Shown here one piece after another: positions 17,311-27,087 of a stretch of DNA of 35,755 bases. Under the pieces are notes generated by a model that saw only the letters and a list, made by a program, of their open reading frames with translations, made no database searches and was not told the origin of the DNA. A program made the translations under genes and the position numbers. This stretch comes from Deltaproteobacteria bacterium (GTDB taxonomy: Bacteria > Desulfobacterota > Binatia > Binatales > Binataceae). The DNA lies in assembly GCA_021786815.1 (NCBI GenBank), contig JAJYMR010000264.1:1-35755 (forward strand), in the 5' to 3' direction. Positions within the stretch are counted from its first letter, which is position 1. Each line of letters starts with the position of its first letter.

Positions 17311-19020
17311 TCAACCGCGCATGTGGCGGCGGAGGTCTTTGAGCGAGAACGTGTTGAGCACGTCGGCCGGCTCGATCCATCCGCGACGCGCCTGGTTCAC
17401 TCCATAAACAAGGCCACCGAACTGGCTCGGATGATGCGCGTCGCTCGAGATGATGAGCTTTACGCCCGCGTGCTTGGCCGCTAGGCAGGCGGTGTCGATC
17501 AGATCGAGCCTGTCGGGCTGCGAGTTGACCTCGAGCGCGCATCCTTCGCCGTGCGCGGCCTTCAGCACCTCGGCAAGATCGAAGGCGCTCGGCTCGCGCT
17601 TGCCGAGCAGGCGTCCGCTCGGATGCCCAATCGCGTCCACGTTGGGGTTTTTGATCACGCGCACGAGCCTGCGCGTCATGTCGCGGGGCGCCTGGTCGAA
17701 CTTGTAGTGGACCGAGGCGACCACCCAGTCGAGTTCGGCGAGCACGTCGTCGGGAAGATCGAGAGTGCCGTCCTCGATGATATCGACTTCGATTCCGCGC
17801 AGCAGCGTGACTCCCTCGACGCGTGACTGAACCTTCTCGATTTCGCGCCATTGCCTGCGAAGCCGCTTGGGATCGAGCCCGTGCGTCATCGCAAGCCTGC
17901 GCGAATGGTCGGTCACGGCGAAGTATTCGAGTCCCACGGCTTGCGCGCCGTGCGCCATCTCCTCAATCGTCGCGCGGCCGTCGGTGTAGGTGGAATGGGT
18001 GTGCAGGTCGCCGCGCAGGTCCTTGCGCTCGATCAGATGCGGGAGCCTTCCCTCGGCGGCCGCTTCGACCTCGCCGCGGTCCTCGCGCAACTCGGGCGCA
18101 ATCCATTGAAGGCCGAGCTTTTCGTAGATCTCTTCCTCGGTGCGTCCTGCGATCGGCCTTTCACCGCGCAAGAGCCCGTACTCGTTGAGCATCAGGCCCT
18201 TCTTCTGCGCGATTCTGCGAATATGGACGCCGTGCGCTTTCGACCCGGTGAAGTAAACCATCGCCGCGCCGTAGCTCTCGCGCGCAACGACGCGCAGATC
18301 GACCTGGAGCCCGCCTTTCAGCACCACGGTCGACTTGGTCTCTCCGCTGCCGAGCACCTGCTCGATTTTCGGGTACGCGAGCAGGCGCTCCATCACCTCG
18401 GCGGGCTTCGAGGAAATCGCGAGCATGTCGAGGTCGCCGACCGTGTCGCGCTTTCTGCGAAAGCTCCCCGCGGCTTCCACGATTTCCACGGCGCGCGATT
18501 TCTTCAGGTACGCGACGAGTTCGTCGACCTCGCCCGCGGCCTCCGCGTAAAGCCATCGGCGCGCCTCGGTCTCGGGCCGCTTCTCCAGGGTTTCCTTGAG
18601 CCGCTCGGCGGTCTTTTTGCCGAAACCGCGCAGCGATTCCAGCGCGCCGGAATCTATCGCCCTGCGCAGATCCGCGACGCTCTTTATCCCAAGCTCTTCG
18701 GCGAGCGCGCGCACGCGCTTGGGACCGAGCCCGGGAAGGCCCATCAGTGCGACCACGCCTTCAGGCACCTTGGCGCGAAGCTCGCGATGGAGCGGAATAT
18801 CGCCGGACTTGACGAGTTCGTGGATTTTGCCGGCCAGATCCTCGCCGATTCCGGGGACCTCGGCCATCTCCTCGACCGCCATCTCCGCAAACGGCACGGG
18901 ATGGTCGCGCACGGCGCGCGCGGCGTTGCGATAGGCGCGGACGCGAAAGAAATTCGCGCCGCTAAGCTCGAGCATATCAGCGATCTCGTCGAAGACTCTC
19001 GCGATCTCCTGATTCTGCAT
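17311..19020 (-). CDS. polX: DNA polymerase X with C-terminal PHP 3'-5' exonuclease domain
   Basis: FRVRAY, HhH motifs (PGIG, PGLGPK, GFGKK), GSFRR..TVGDLD, QVDLR, FTGSK, GDLHTHS, TDHS, GHP, SSDAH; catalytic Asp residues intact. Start at MQNQEI. Confidence 0.95.
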   Translation of the reverse strand: MQNQEIARVFDEIADMLELSGANFFRVRAYRNAARAVRDHPVPFAEMAVEEMAEVPGIGEDLAGKIHELVKSGDIPLHRELRAKVPEGVVALMGLPGLGPKRVRALAEELGIKSVADLRRAIDSGALESLRGFGKKTAERLKETLEKRPETEARRWLYAEAAGEVDELVAYLKKSRAVEIVEAAGSFRRKRDTVGDLDMLAISSKPAEVMERLLAYPKIEQVLGSGETKSTVVLKGGLQVDLRVVARESYGAAMVYFTGSKAHGVHIRRIAQKKGLMLNEYGLLRGERPIAGRTEEEIYEKLGLQWIAPELREDRGEVEAAAEGRLPHLIERKDLRGDLHTHSTYTDGRATIEEMAHGAQAVGLEYFAVTDHSRRLAMTHGLDPKRLRRQWREIEKVQSRVEGVTLLRGIEVDIIEDGTLDLPDDVLAELDWVVASVHYKFDQAPRDMTRRLVRVIKNPNVDAIGHPSGRLLGKREPSAFDLAEVLKAAHGEGCALEVNSQPDRLDLIDTACLAAKHAGVKLIISSDAHHPSQFGGLVYGVNQARRGWIEPADVLNTFSLKDLRRHMRG

Positions 19021-19132
19021 CGGCCGAGCCGCCCTTGCGGCCGGACACAGATGCCGGCCGCCTGTTTTCAACTTCTTAAGCGGCGAGCCTTAACGCAAGC
19101 TCGCGCGCACTCGTGCTTCGAAACGAGCCCTT

Positions 19133-20029
19133 CTAGCGCTGTCCGACCCACGAGGGCTTTGCGACCTTGCGCCATCGCGCACGGATAGCCTCGTACTCGG
19201 CTTTGGGCAGCGGACCCGCTGCGGCGGCCGCCGCGTTATCCGCGATTCTGGCGGGGTTGGTGGTTCCGACGATCGCGGTATGAACGCCGGGAATGCTCAA
19301 CGTGAAGCGCAGCGCGATTGCGACCGATTCCTTGAGCTCGCGCTTGAAGAAATCGTACTCGAGTTCGCGAAGCCGTTCGCGATACGGGCGCGAGTAGAAC
19401 TCCATCGGGATTTCGCCCTTCCGCCAGGCGGCGTTTGCAATCGGCCGCTTCGCGATCACGCCCATCCCGCGCTCCATTGCGGCCGGAATGATTTCCTCGA
19501 GCGCCTCCTGGTCGGCGATACTGACGGATATCTGCAGCGTGTCGAACGCGCCGCTCTGAACCGCGTACATCGCCTCTTCGCCGTCGCCGCTATATCCGAT
19601 ACAGCGAATCTTGCCCGCATTGCGCGCGCGCGCGAGCGCCTCTATAGCGTCGCCCTTGCGAAGAACCGCCGCGGAACAACTGTGAAGCTGAACGAGATCC
19701 AGATGGTCGGTGCGAAGGCGCTTGAGACTACGCTCGATACTGTTCGCGATGAGCGCCGGGCTGAACTCCGCGCCTCCGAGTCCGTCGCCGTGTCCGCACT
19801 TGGTCATCAGGACGTACTCTGCGCGCCGATGCGACACGGCGCGGCCGATTAATTCCTCGCTATCGACGTAGCACGCCGCCGTGTCGAGCACGTTTACGCC
19901 GGCATCCAGCGCCGCGTTGAGCAGCTTTTCGGCAACCGGCGCGGCCACGCCCTGGTAGCCGATCTCCGAGCCGCCGAAACCGAGAACGCTTACCTCGAAC
20001 CCCGTCTTTCCGAATTTCCGCCGTTCCAT
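19133..20029 (-). CDS. Aldo/keto reductase
   Basis: FGKTG..VSVLGFG, LDTAACY..SEELIG, TKCG, SLKRLRTDHLDLVQLH; start at MERRKFG. Confidence 0.92.
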   Translation of the reverse strand: MERRKFGKTGFEVSVLGFGGSEIGYQGVAAPVAEKLLNAALDAGVNVLDTAACYVDSEELIGRAVSHRRAEYVLMTKCGHGDGLGGAEFSPALIANSIERSLKRLRTDHLDLVQLHSCSAAVLRKGDAIEALARARNAGKIRCIGYSGDGEEAMYAVQSGAFDTLQISVSIADQEALEEIIPAAMERGMGVIAKRPIANAAWRKGEIPMEFYSRPYRERLRELEYDFFKRELKESVAIALRFTLSIPGVHTAIVGTTNPARIADNAAAAAAGPLPKAEYEAIRARWRKVAKPSWVGQR

Positions 20030-20123
20030 GGACCCAAGGTTAGGGCGAAGCGCGAGTCCGTGGAAGCGTGGAAACGGACGGAGCGGGTTGCACCCGATTC
20101 GTCGCGCGACAACGCCCGGCGGA

Positions 20124-20813
20124 CTAGGTCGCGACCGGGCTCGGCCCGCGTCTCTCGCCGCCGCGCGCGGCAGCTTGCGGGACCACGCGCTCCATCGGCA
20201 GCGCCTTCCACAGGTGCCACAGGGCGAGGACGGCCACTCCGGCCGCGAAGACAAACATCAGTATGCCGCCAAGCTGCGGATAGGAATTCACCGTGAAGTT
20301 AGCGACCTGCTTGGTGCCGATTATCACTGGCATGAACGGCTTGATTTTGATTTCGGCGTGCGGATCGAGATCGTGGCCGAATATATAGAGTCTGTAGACG
20401 TATCGACCGAATGCAAAGAACATCAAATATGCGGTAATCACCGCAAGATCGACCAGACTTCGCCCGTTGCCGATAAACGCGACCCGCAGCGCGAGAAGCA
20501 TCAGAACCCCGACCGCGAACGGGATCCAGTCCAGGTCCGCGAGATGAGCCTTCTCGATCTTCTTCATGCCGATGTAGTGGTTCAGTTCGTTGATTTCCTG
20601 TACATCGTGTCCGCCGTGGCCGCCTTCGATCTTGTACGAATAGATACTCACGTAAAGGCCATATGGATATTGCGGCGCGAACATGCTGATACGCCATAAC
20701 GGCGCCAGGTAGCTAAGCCCAAGTACGACGACCAGCGCCATCAGCCAGAGCCGTGAGTAGTTGCCGATCGGTTCCTCGAGCTTTTTGTACAGAGCCTGTA
20801 AATGAGAATTCAC
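20124..20813 (-). CDS. nosB: NosB-like membrane protein of clade II nos clusters
   Basis: LWRISMFAPQYPYGL, EINELNHYIGM, GHDLDP.A, F.P.IIG.KQ.ANF...SYP motifs; about 4 TM segments; GTG start after GGAGG. Confidence 0.75.
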   Translation of the reverse strand: MNSHLQALYKKLEEPIGNYSRLWLMALVVVLGLSYLAPLWRISMFAPQYPYGLYVSIYSYKIEGGHGGHDVQEINELNHYIGMKKIEKAHLADLDWIPFAVGVLMLLALRVAFIGNGRSLVDLAVITAYLMFFAFGRYVYRLYIFGHDLDPHAEIKIKPFMPVIIGTKQVANFTVNSYPQLGGILMFVFAAGVAVLALWHLWKALPMERVVPQAAARGGERRGPSPVAT

Positions 20814-20903
20814 CGTCGTGTCCTCCCGTAGCGGAGATTCCCGGCGCGTCGGGCGGTGCGGGAGCTTCACGTTGAGGCATCGCGCGCCCGGGCATCTCGG
20901 ATC

Positions 20904-21746
20904 TCAGATAGCGTCACCTCGCGCGAATGACCTCCAGGCGAGCAGCCATGCCGCAAAGCCGACCAAAATCGGCCAGAGCGTGCCGAGCACGAACAGCCAT
21001 CCCGTGCCAATCCGGTTCGCCAGGTAAAAGCCCACCGGGCCGAGCACGCCGAGCGACGGCTCCGCCGCCGACAGCAGCGCCATCCGTGCCGTCTCCACCG
21101 GGTTCAGGCACGCGAGCAGGAACACCGCCCGCGCATTGAGCCGCCATTGGAGCATCAGCCCGATCAGCGCGAAGTCGAGCATCACAACCGCTCCGACCCA
21201 GATAACGAGCAGATAGACCATCGCCTTGGCCTGGTTGCGCACCGCAACCGACACCGCAAGCGCGATTCCAACGAATGCCCATCCCAGCGAAGCCGAGATC
21301 GCGATCGCCCGGCCCACGAATGGCCACGGGATGCTCTGTCCGAAAGCGAGCCGTCCGTACACGCCGAGCATCACCATCAACACGGCCAGCGGCACCATCA
21401 GGACCGCGTATCGGACCAGCGACACGCCGCCGAAGTATTCGTTTCGGGTTATCGGATGGCTCAACAGCAGTTCGAGCGTTCCGTCCTCGCGCGCGCGGCT
21501 TATCACCTGCCCCGAACCGGTCAGCGCCAGAAGCGGGATGAGCAGCACCAGGCCGTTGCACAGCGAGAGCAGCACGCGGCCCATCCCGGCAAAACCGAGC
21601 ACGTCCGATTCCCTGAGCCCGACCAGAACGAACATCGCGCCCAGCGCCACGTACAACCCGAGCAGGAAGACGAGCCATCGCGAACGCTTCACTTCGGCCA
21701 GATCAAGCCGCGCAACCGCGGCAAGCCGCGTCATCGCCTCTCCCAT
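20904..21746 (-). CDS. nosY: ABC permease for NosZ maturation
   Basis: ARED GTLELLLSHPITR, NP motif, multiple TM segments; TGATG overlap with nosL; nos context. Confidence 0.88.
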   Translation of the reverse strand: MGEAMTRLAAVARLDLAEVKRSRWLVFLLGLYVALGAMFVLVGLRESDVLGFAGMGRVLLSLCNGLVLLIPLLALTGSGQVISRAREDGTLELLLSHPITRNEYFGGVSLVRYAVLMVPLAVLMVMLGVYGRLAFGQSIPWPFVGRAIAISASLGWAFVGIALAVSVAVRNQAKAMVYLLVIWVGAVVMLDFALIGLMLQWRLNARAVFLLACLNPVETARMALLSAAEPSLGVLGPVGFYLANRIGTGWLFVLGTLWPILVGFAAWLLAWRSFARGDAI

Positions 21747-22240
21747 CAGTGCCCCTCCGCGCCCATCGGCGGCATACCCGAGCGAAGCTCCTTCTTTCGC
21801 ACGCGCACGTACTGTTCGGCCTCGGCCAGCGACATCGCGCCGTCGGTTCCCTTGCGCACGGCGCCAAGCCCGTAACCCATCGGGCTTTCCTTGCCGCGCA
21901 CGAACCCGACTTCGTCGGCTTTGAGCCACTTGTCGCCGTCGAATGCGTGGAAGTAGAGCGCATGGACCCTGGGACGGCGCTGCTCGACGAACGCAAGCAG
22001 GCATCCCGGGTCGTCGAAGTCGTAAACTTCGCCGCCCGCGGTCTGAAGCTGGGCCGCAAAACGTGGATCGCTGATACTCATTCCGCATTCGGCGCACGAT
22101 TCGCGGTCGTAGATGATCGGGCGCACGCCTTCGGGCGGCTGTTGCAGGCGATGCACGGCGAACACCAGCACCGCTGCCGCGACCAGCACCAGCGCGAACG
22201 CGATTGCCCTTGATTTCGAACGCGATGCGATGGTTCTCAC
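21746..22240 (-). CDS. nosL: Copper chaperone NosL
   Basis: CAECGMSISD.RFAAQ, FDDPGCL, SPMGYG motifs; N-terminal TM segment. Confidence 0.88.
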   Translation of the reverse strand: MRTIASRSKSRAIAFALVLVAAAVLVFAVHRLQQPPEGVRPIIYDRESCAECGMSISDPRFAAQLQTAGGEVYDFDDPGCLLAFVEQRRPRVHALYFHAFDGDKWLKADEVGFVRGKESPMGYGLGAVRKGTDGAMSLAEAEQYVRVRKKELRSGMPPMGAEGH

Positions 22241-22247
22241 GCCTCCG

Positions 22248-23117
22248 TTATTCCTTTACGTCAACGCTCTCCATGTCGCGGACGACGATGTTGCCGAAGT
22301 CGCCGTCGCACTTCTCGGAGATCTCGGCGAGCAGTTGCGCCTTCTCCGCGCGCGTCACGGTTCTTGCCCATGCCCCTGCCGCGCCCGGATTGAACCCGCG
22401 CCCGCGCAGCCATTCGACGTGGGTCTTCGCGATGTCGTAAAGCTCGATCACGCTGACCGTGCGCGACTCGAGGAAGGTGTTCACCGAGCCGTCGAAGCTC
22501 ACCCGTCCGCTTTCCAGCGCGAGCACGTGATCGACCAGATGCTGGATCTCTTCGAGGCGGTGCGAACAGAGGATCAGCGTCGAGCCGTCGGCAACCTGTT
22601 CGTAAAGCCTGTAGAACGCGCGCCGGCTTGCCGCGTCAAGGCTCGCCGTGGGCTCGTCAAGGATGAAAAGGTCGGCGCGCGTTGAAAGCGCAAGCGCGAG
22701 CATCAGCTTCTGCCTGGTGCCGCCCGAAAGCGCGCGCACCGGAAGCCCGGCCACGGCTCCAACGTCGAATCCGAGTTGCGAGGCGGTCGCCGCGATTGCC
22801 TCCGGAGCAAGTCCGCGCACCACCGCAACCGTCTCGACGATTTCCTCGACCGTGGCTCCGAGTTGCGGCGCCACCTGCGGAACGTAGGCGAGGCGCTCGG
22901 CAAGGCGCGTGCGATGCTCGAACGGCGAATGGCCGTCGAGCCGCACCTCGCCTTCGCACGCGAGCAGCCCCATGATGATTCGCGTAAGAGTCGATTTTCC
23001 CGAACCGTTGGGGCCGATAAGCGCAACCTTCCGTCCGACCGGGATGACGGCCGAAACGTCGCTCAGCGCCTTCACCTCGCCGAACCACTTGCTCACGTTC
23101 TTGAGCTCGATGCGCAT
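22248..23117 (-). CDS. nosF: ABC ATPase for NosZ maturation
   Basis: GPNGSGKST, LSGG.RQK, ILDEPT, SH motifs; lies between nosD and nosL/nosY. Confidence 0.9.
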   Translation of the reverse strand: MRIELKNVSKWFGEVKALSDVSAVIPVGRKVALIGPNGSGKSTLTRIIMGLLACEGEVRLDGHSPFEHRTRLAERLAYVPQVAPQLGATVEEIVETVAVVRGLAPEAIAATASQLGFDVGAVAGLPVRALSGGTRQKLMLALALSTRADLFILDEPTASLDAASRRAFYRLYEQVADGSTLILCSHRLEEIQHLVDHVLALESGRVSFDGSVNTFLESRTVSVIELYDIAKTHVEWLRGRGFNPGAAGAWARTVTRAEKAQLLAEISEKCDGDFGNIVVRDMESVDVKE

Positions 23118-24475
23118 CAGGAATGCACCGATGAACGCGCGCTCGCCGAGCCAGCCGGCGGTTCCATCCTGGGCATCGGGTCAACCAGCAGCGGCCTGGG
23201 TTTGAACAACGGGAACATCTCGCTAATCGTGTCGAGCGCGTCGAGCGCTACCGTGCCGCGGAAAAAGGTGAGATTCGGATGACTCTCGATGAGCGTGCCC
23301 GAGAGGCTTCTGAGCTCGTAGGGGACGTCGCCAAACCCGTCGCCGTTCAGGTCGTAGCCGCGATAGTCGTCGAAGTAATTTCGCCGCCATCGCGTCCGCA
23401 TCAGATCGCCCCGGCTCTCGACCCGCACCTGTACCAGGTTGTCACTGAGCGTGTTGTCCTCGAATTCGTTGTTCGTCTCGCTGCTCAGGAACACCATCGC
23501 CGTGTCGCAGAACATGAAGCGGTTGCGAAGCAGGCGGTCGGTCTGATTCGGATGAAATGGGCAGGTGTCGAAATAAACGCCGACGTGGTCGCGGATGAAG
23601 CGGTTGTCTTCGAGCGTCAGGTTGCCGGACTCCTTGCCGCCGACGCCGAAGCCGTCCGATTCAAGGTTGCCGGCGAACAGGTTTCGAGCGATCCGGATAT
23701 CGTCGGAGTACATCACGAAAACGCCCACCACGTCGTTCAGATAGCGGTTGTCCTCGACCACGCCGCCGTTGGAGTACATGAAATGCGTTCCGTAGCGGCC
23801 GTTGCGCACGAAATTGCCGACGACCCGGACGCGGGGCGAGAACCATACGATGAGGTCGCGCGAATTCTCGATTACGTTGCCGGCGATCAGCGAGTTGCGC
23901 ACGCCCCAGCATCGGATGGCGTCGCCGCGGATTCCGAGCGGTGTCGCCGGATTGCCAACGATATGGTTGTCCTCGACCGTCAGGCCCTCGGAGCTGTCGA
24001 TCACGATCCCGTACAGCGCGTTCCTGATCGTCACGCCGCGCACCGTGTCGTTCCTGCCGCGCACGTAGACGGCGGAATCGGTCTTGTCGTAGCGATCGCC
24101 ACTTCCGTCCACGGTTAAGCCCTCGATTGCGGCGTTGTCGCTCTCGACAAGCACGGTGCGGCCCTCGCCGGTGGAACGGATGATCGCGCCCGACGGTCCC
24201 CATAGCGTCACCGGATGGCGAATTATCACCGGTCCCGGGTAAACGCCCGGCGCAAGCCGAAAGACGGCGCCCGGACTGGCCGCGTCGAGCGCCGCCTGGA
24301 GCGAATCACCCGGATGAAGATCAAGTCCCGTGGCGGGACGCGCGGGCGGCCTGATGGACGGCGGAGTCAGAGCCGGGGAGGCATTGCGTGCCCTGCCTCC
24401 CCACGCCGGCAGTATCGCGATCGTCGATACCAGGACCGCGAGCAGCCACACGCTCCGTTTCCGAACAAGCTCCAT
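23117..24475 (-). CDS. nosD: NosD periplasmic maturation protein (beta-helix)
   Basis: LGIRGD.IR.W, RYGTHFMYS, VGVFVMYS, YRGYDLNGDGFGDVPY, LVDPMPRM. Start at MELVRK (GGAG RBS). Its stop overlaps the nosF start by a few bases; the end coordinate follows the track. Confidence 0.93.
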   Translation of the reverse strand: MELVRKRSVWLLAVLVSTIAILPAWGGRARNASPALTPPSIRPPARPATGLDLHPGDSLQAALDAASPGAVFRLAPGVYPGPVIIRHPVTLWGPSGAIIRSTGEGRTVLVESDNAAIEGLTVDGSGDRYDKTDSAVYVRGRNDTVRGVTIRNALYGIVIDSSEGLTVEDNHIVGNPATPLGIRGDAIRCWGVRNSLIAGNVIENSRDLIVWFSPRVRVVGNFVRNGRYGTHFMYSNGGVVEDNRYLNDVVGVFVMYSDDIRIARNLFAGNLESDGFGVGGKESGNLTLEDNRFIRDHVGVYFDTCPFHPNQTDRLLRNRFMFCDTAMVFLSSETNNEFEDNTLSDNLVQVRVESRGDLMRTRWRRNYFDDYRGYDLNGDGFGDVPYELRSLSGTLIESHPNLTFFRGTVALDALDTISEMFPLFKPRPLLVDPMPRMEPPAGSASARSSVHS

Positions 24476-24521
24476 AGCTACTCCGCCGACACACAAGCCG
24501 CGCCGTGCTTTGCTTCTCCCA

Positions 24522-26525
24522 TCATCGCGCGGACGCCGTGCTGGTCGCGCCGGTTGGTTTGACCAGCAGGTACCCCGCCATCTCCAGATGCAGCGCCGAG
24601 CAGAACTCGGTGCAGTAGAACGGGAACACGCCGGGCCGATTCACCACGATAGTCACGTTGGCCGTTTTTCCCGGCTCCATGCTCAGGTTGACGTCGTATT
24701 CGCCGACGCCGAAGCCGTGCGTTGCGTCCTGGGTCTGCTCGATATTGGTCACGTGGAAGTGGACGGTATCGCCCTGGTTGACTTCGACGATATCGGGCCG
24801 CATGTGGCTTCGGACCTCGGTCATGTAAACGTCAACCACGTTGCCGTGGCGCTCGATGCGCGCCTTGTCCTCGCTTGGCGTCGCGTTCGGGTCAATCTCG
24901 TGAGTGAGAGCGTTGGTGCCCATCTTGTAGATGCTCCACGGCTTGACCAGATCGGAGCGGATCGCCTGCGCGTAGTGAGGCTCGCCGACTCCGAGCGGCA
25001 TGTTGTAGAGCAGGTGCATGTGCTCGCCCGAAATATCGATGAGTTGCTCGTCCTGCGGCAGAAGCGGGCCAACATTCTTGAAGCGGTCGATGGACCACTT
25101 ATCGAGAGCGACGAGGTACTGGCCCCACGGATGCTCCGTGTTGCTGCCCGGGATGCACAGATGGCCGACGTTGTACTGGACCGGGATCTTCTCGACCACC
25201 TTGAGCGTTTCGAGCGACCATTTGGCGACCTTCGACTCGATGAACAGGCTCGTATAGGCGTAGCCCCGGCCGTCGAATTGCGTATGCAGCGGGCCAAGCC
25301 CGATCTCGGCCTGGCCATGAAGCGCGTCCTTGAACGCGATGATCGGTACGCCGTAGGGATCGCGGCCCTCGAACTTCTTCGCGTCGATCGCAGCCTTTAT
25401 TTTCGCGAAACTGAACACCGTAACGTGGGTGTCGAGCTTGCCGTTTACGCAGATGTATTTGCCGTCGGGCGTAACGTCGACGCCGTGAGGGCTTTTGGGC
25501 TCGGGAACGAAATAGAGGATGCCTTCCTCGGCCGCGACTTTGAGCGGGATCAGCCGCATCCCATCGACCATCCTGTACTTGCCGTCCTGCTGCGCCACTT
25601 CGGCCGCCTTCTTCCAGTTGAAGACGTGCAGGTAGTCGTATTCGTTCTGCGAAGCGCCCTGTTCGAGCGGAGGTTTGCCCTCCATGTCGCCGCCATAGGC
25701 GCGCTCGGTATCGAACGAGTTCGTGAACGACCATCCGTAGCTCGCGAGCTTGCCCGCGTCGCTCAAGTCCTGCATGTACGGCGGAAGCTCGATCGCGAAC
25801 GACTGGCTCTTGTCGATCAGCCCTTTGGTGCGGTCGAATTTCCAGAAGACGGCGATACCGCGGTATTTGTCGTCGAAGCTCTTCTGATTGAGCGGTGCGT
25901 AAGTGCCGCCGATCGGCACCGGGTACTGCGAGGTCTCGATAATGTATTCGGTGTTCGGCGTGACAAACGTTCCGCCGTGGTCGCTGTTCATCAGTTCGCT
26001 TCGGACGATCTGATGGGTGGTGAAGTCCTTCAGGCTTATCACCGCGACCCGCGCGTTCGCCTTGTCATTGATGAACAGGAATTGACCGTCATAATCGCCG
26101 TTGGTCTGACTCAGGTTGGGATGATGCGAATCGCCCCAGGTCAGCGTTTCGCCCTGCGGCGAACTTGCCTTGAGCATCGCCTTGGTGTCGTCGTCGAAGC
26201 CGTAGCCCTGCCACGGTTCGGGGGTGAAGACGCCGATGACTTTCAGGATGCGCATCGAGGGCAGCCCGGCCACAATTACCTGGCCGCTGTGCCCGCCGGA
26301 CATAAAGATAAGGTAGGGATCGGGCCGGCCCGGCGGCATGTAGGTTTCAAGCGCCGCCTTCACGTCGTCGGGATCGAGATTGCGCTGCTTGATTATCTGC
26401 TGGACTGCCGTGCCTTCCTGAGCACCTTCGCGCGGACCGCACGACCAAATTAGCAGTCCCATCGCCAACAAAACCCCTGCGATAGTCAACCCTTTGCTGG
26501 CGAGGGATTTTCCCTTGGCTTTCAT
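24522..26525 (-). CDS. nosZ: Nitrous-oxide reductase, clade II (Sec-dependent)
   Basis: SGGHSGQ..GLPSMR, all seven CuZ His (GDSHH, SDHGG, SPHG, GPLHT, NVGH, EPH), CuA THGF...CTEFCSALHLEM. No twin-arginine motif in MKAKGKS..; DSHH is the clade II-like form; AGGAG RBS. Confidence 0.96.
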   Translation of the reverse strand: MKAKGKSLASKGLTIAGVLLAMGLLIWSCGPREGAQEGTAVQQIIKQRNLDPDDVKAALETYMPPGRPDPYLIFMSGGHSGQVIVAGLPSMRILKVIGVFTPEPWQGYGFDDDTKAMLKASSPQGETLTWGDSHHPNLSQTNGDYDGQFLFINDKANARVAVISLKDFTTHQIVRSELMNSDHGGTFVTPNTEYIIETSQYPVPIGGTYAPLNQKSFDDKYRGIAVFWKFDRTKGLIDKSQSFAIELPPYMQDLSDAGKLASYGWSFTNSFDTERAYGGDMEGKPPLEQGASQNEYDYLHVFNWKKAAEVAQQDGKYRMVDGMRLIPLKVAAEEGILYFVPEPKSPHGVDVTPDGKYICVNGKLDTHVTVFSFAKIKAAIDAKKFEGRDPYGVPIIAFKDALHGQAEIGLGPLHTQFDGRGYAYTSLFIESKVAKWSLETLKVVEKIPVQYNVGHLCIPGSNTEHPWGQYLVALDKWSIDRFKNVGPLLPQDEQLIDISGEHMHLLYNMPLGVGEPHYAQAIRSDLVKPWSIYKMGTNALTHEIDPNATPSEDKARIERHGNVVDVYMTEVRSHMRPDIVEVNQGDTVHFHVTNIEQTQDATHGFGVGEYDVNLSMEPGKTANVTIVVNRPGVFPFYCTEFCSALHLEMAGYLLVKPTGATSTASAR

Positions 26526-26598
26526 TGCCGCAATGCTCCTTCTTGGCCACCGCGCGACGGAACAGCGACCGGATTTTTTCAAAGATTCGATGAGAGAT

Positions 26599-27087
26599 TT
26601 ATTGCTCTTTCCCGAGCGAACGGACGTGGGCGATAAGCGCGTCAACTACTTTCGGCTTGCTCTGCAAGTCAGGGTTGGACGCCATCAGCGGGCTCTTGCC
26701 GACTGCGGCGCCTCCGTAAACGATCGCCGTGCCGATAGTCTTGTCGTTAGTGGCGGCCTGCCACTGCTTGTCGTGGAAGTTCTGAGGCTTGGGCGTGAGC
26801 AGCTTGGCTCCCGGACCGTCGCCGCGTCCGTCCTGCCCGTGGCAGGTTGCGCATCGGGTCTGGAAAATCTCCTTGGCTTCCTGGACCGGGTTCTCACCAC
26901 CGGTCGCGGGCGCACCTTCAGCCGCCGGAGTCTCCTCGGCTGGCGGCTGCGCGGTCTGCTGCGCCTGCTCCGCGGGCGCCTGCGGGGTCTCGGCCTGTTT
27001 GCCCTGACAGCCGATAAGCAAGCCCGCGATTATAAGAACCGGAACGGATGCACCTATTACGCCTAACCGTCGATGCGTCGAAAACAT
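26599..27087 (-). CDS. Lipoprotein monoheme cytochrome c (NosC-like electron donor)
   Basis: Lipobox LIG-C, Ala/Pro/Glu/Gln linker, CATCH, G.GDGP, distal Met (SPLMAS); directly upstream of nosZ. Confidence 0.85.
   Translation of the reverse strand: MFSTHRRLGVIGASVPVLIIAGLLIGCQGKQAETPQAPAEQAQQTAQPPAEETPAAEGAPATGGENPVQEAKEIFQTRCATCHGQDGRGDGPGAKLLTPKPQNFHDKQWQAATNDKTIGTAIVYGGAAVGKSPLMASNPDLQSKPKVVDALIAHVRSLGKEQ

Noticed and set aside
26526-26645. Extended nosZ N-terminus containing RR (WPRRS) as a Tat signal
   Set aside because: It overlaps the cytochrome c gene, does not fit S/T-R-R-x-F-L, and an AGGAG RBS supports the ATG at 26525.
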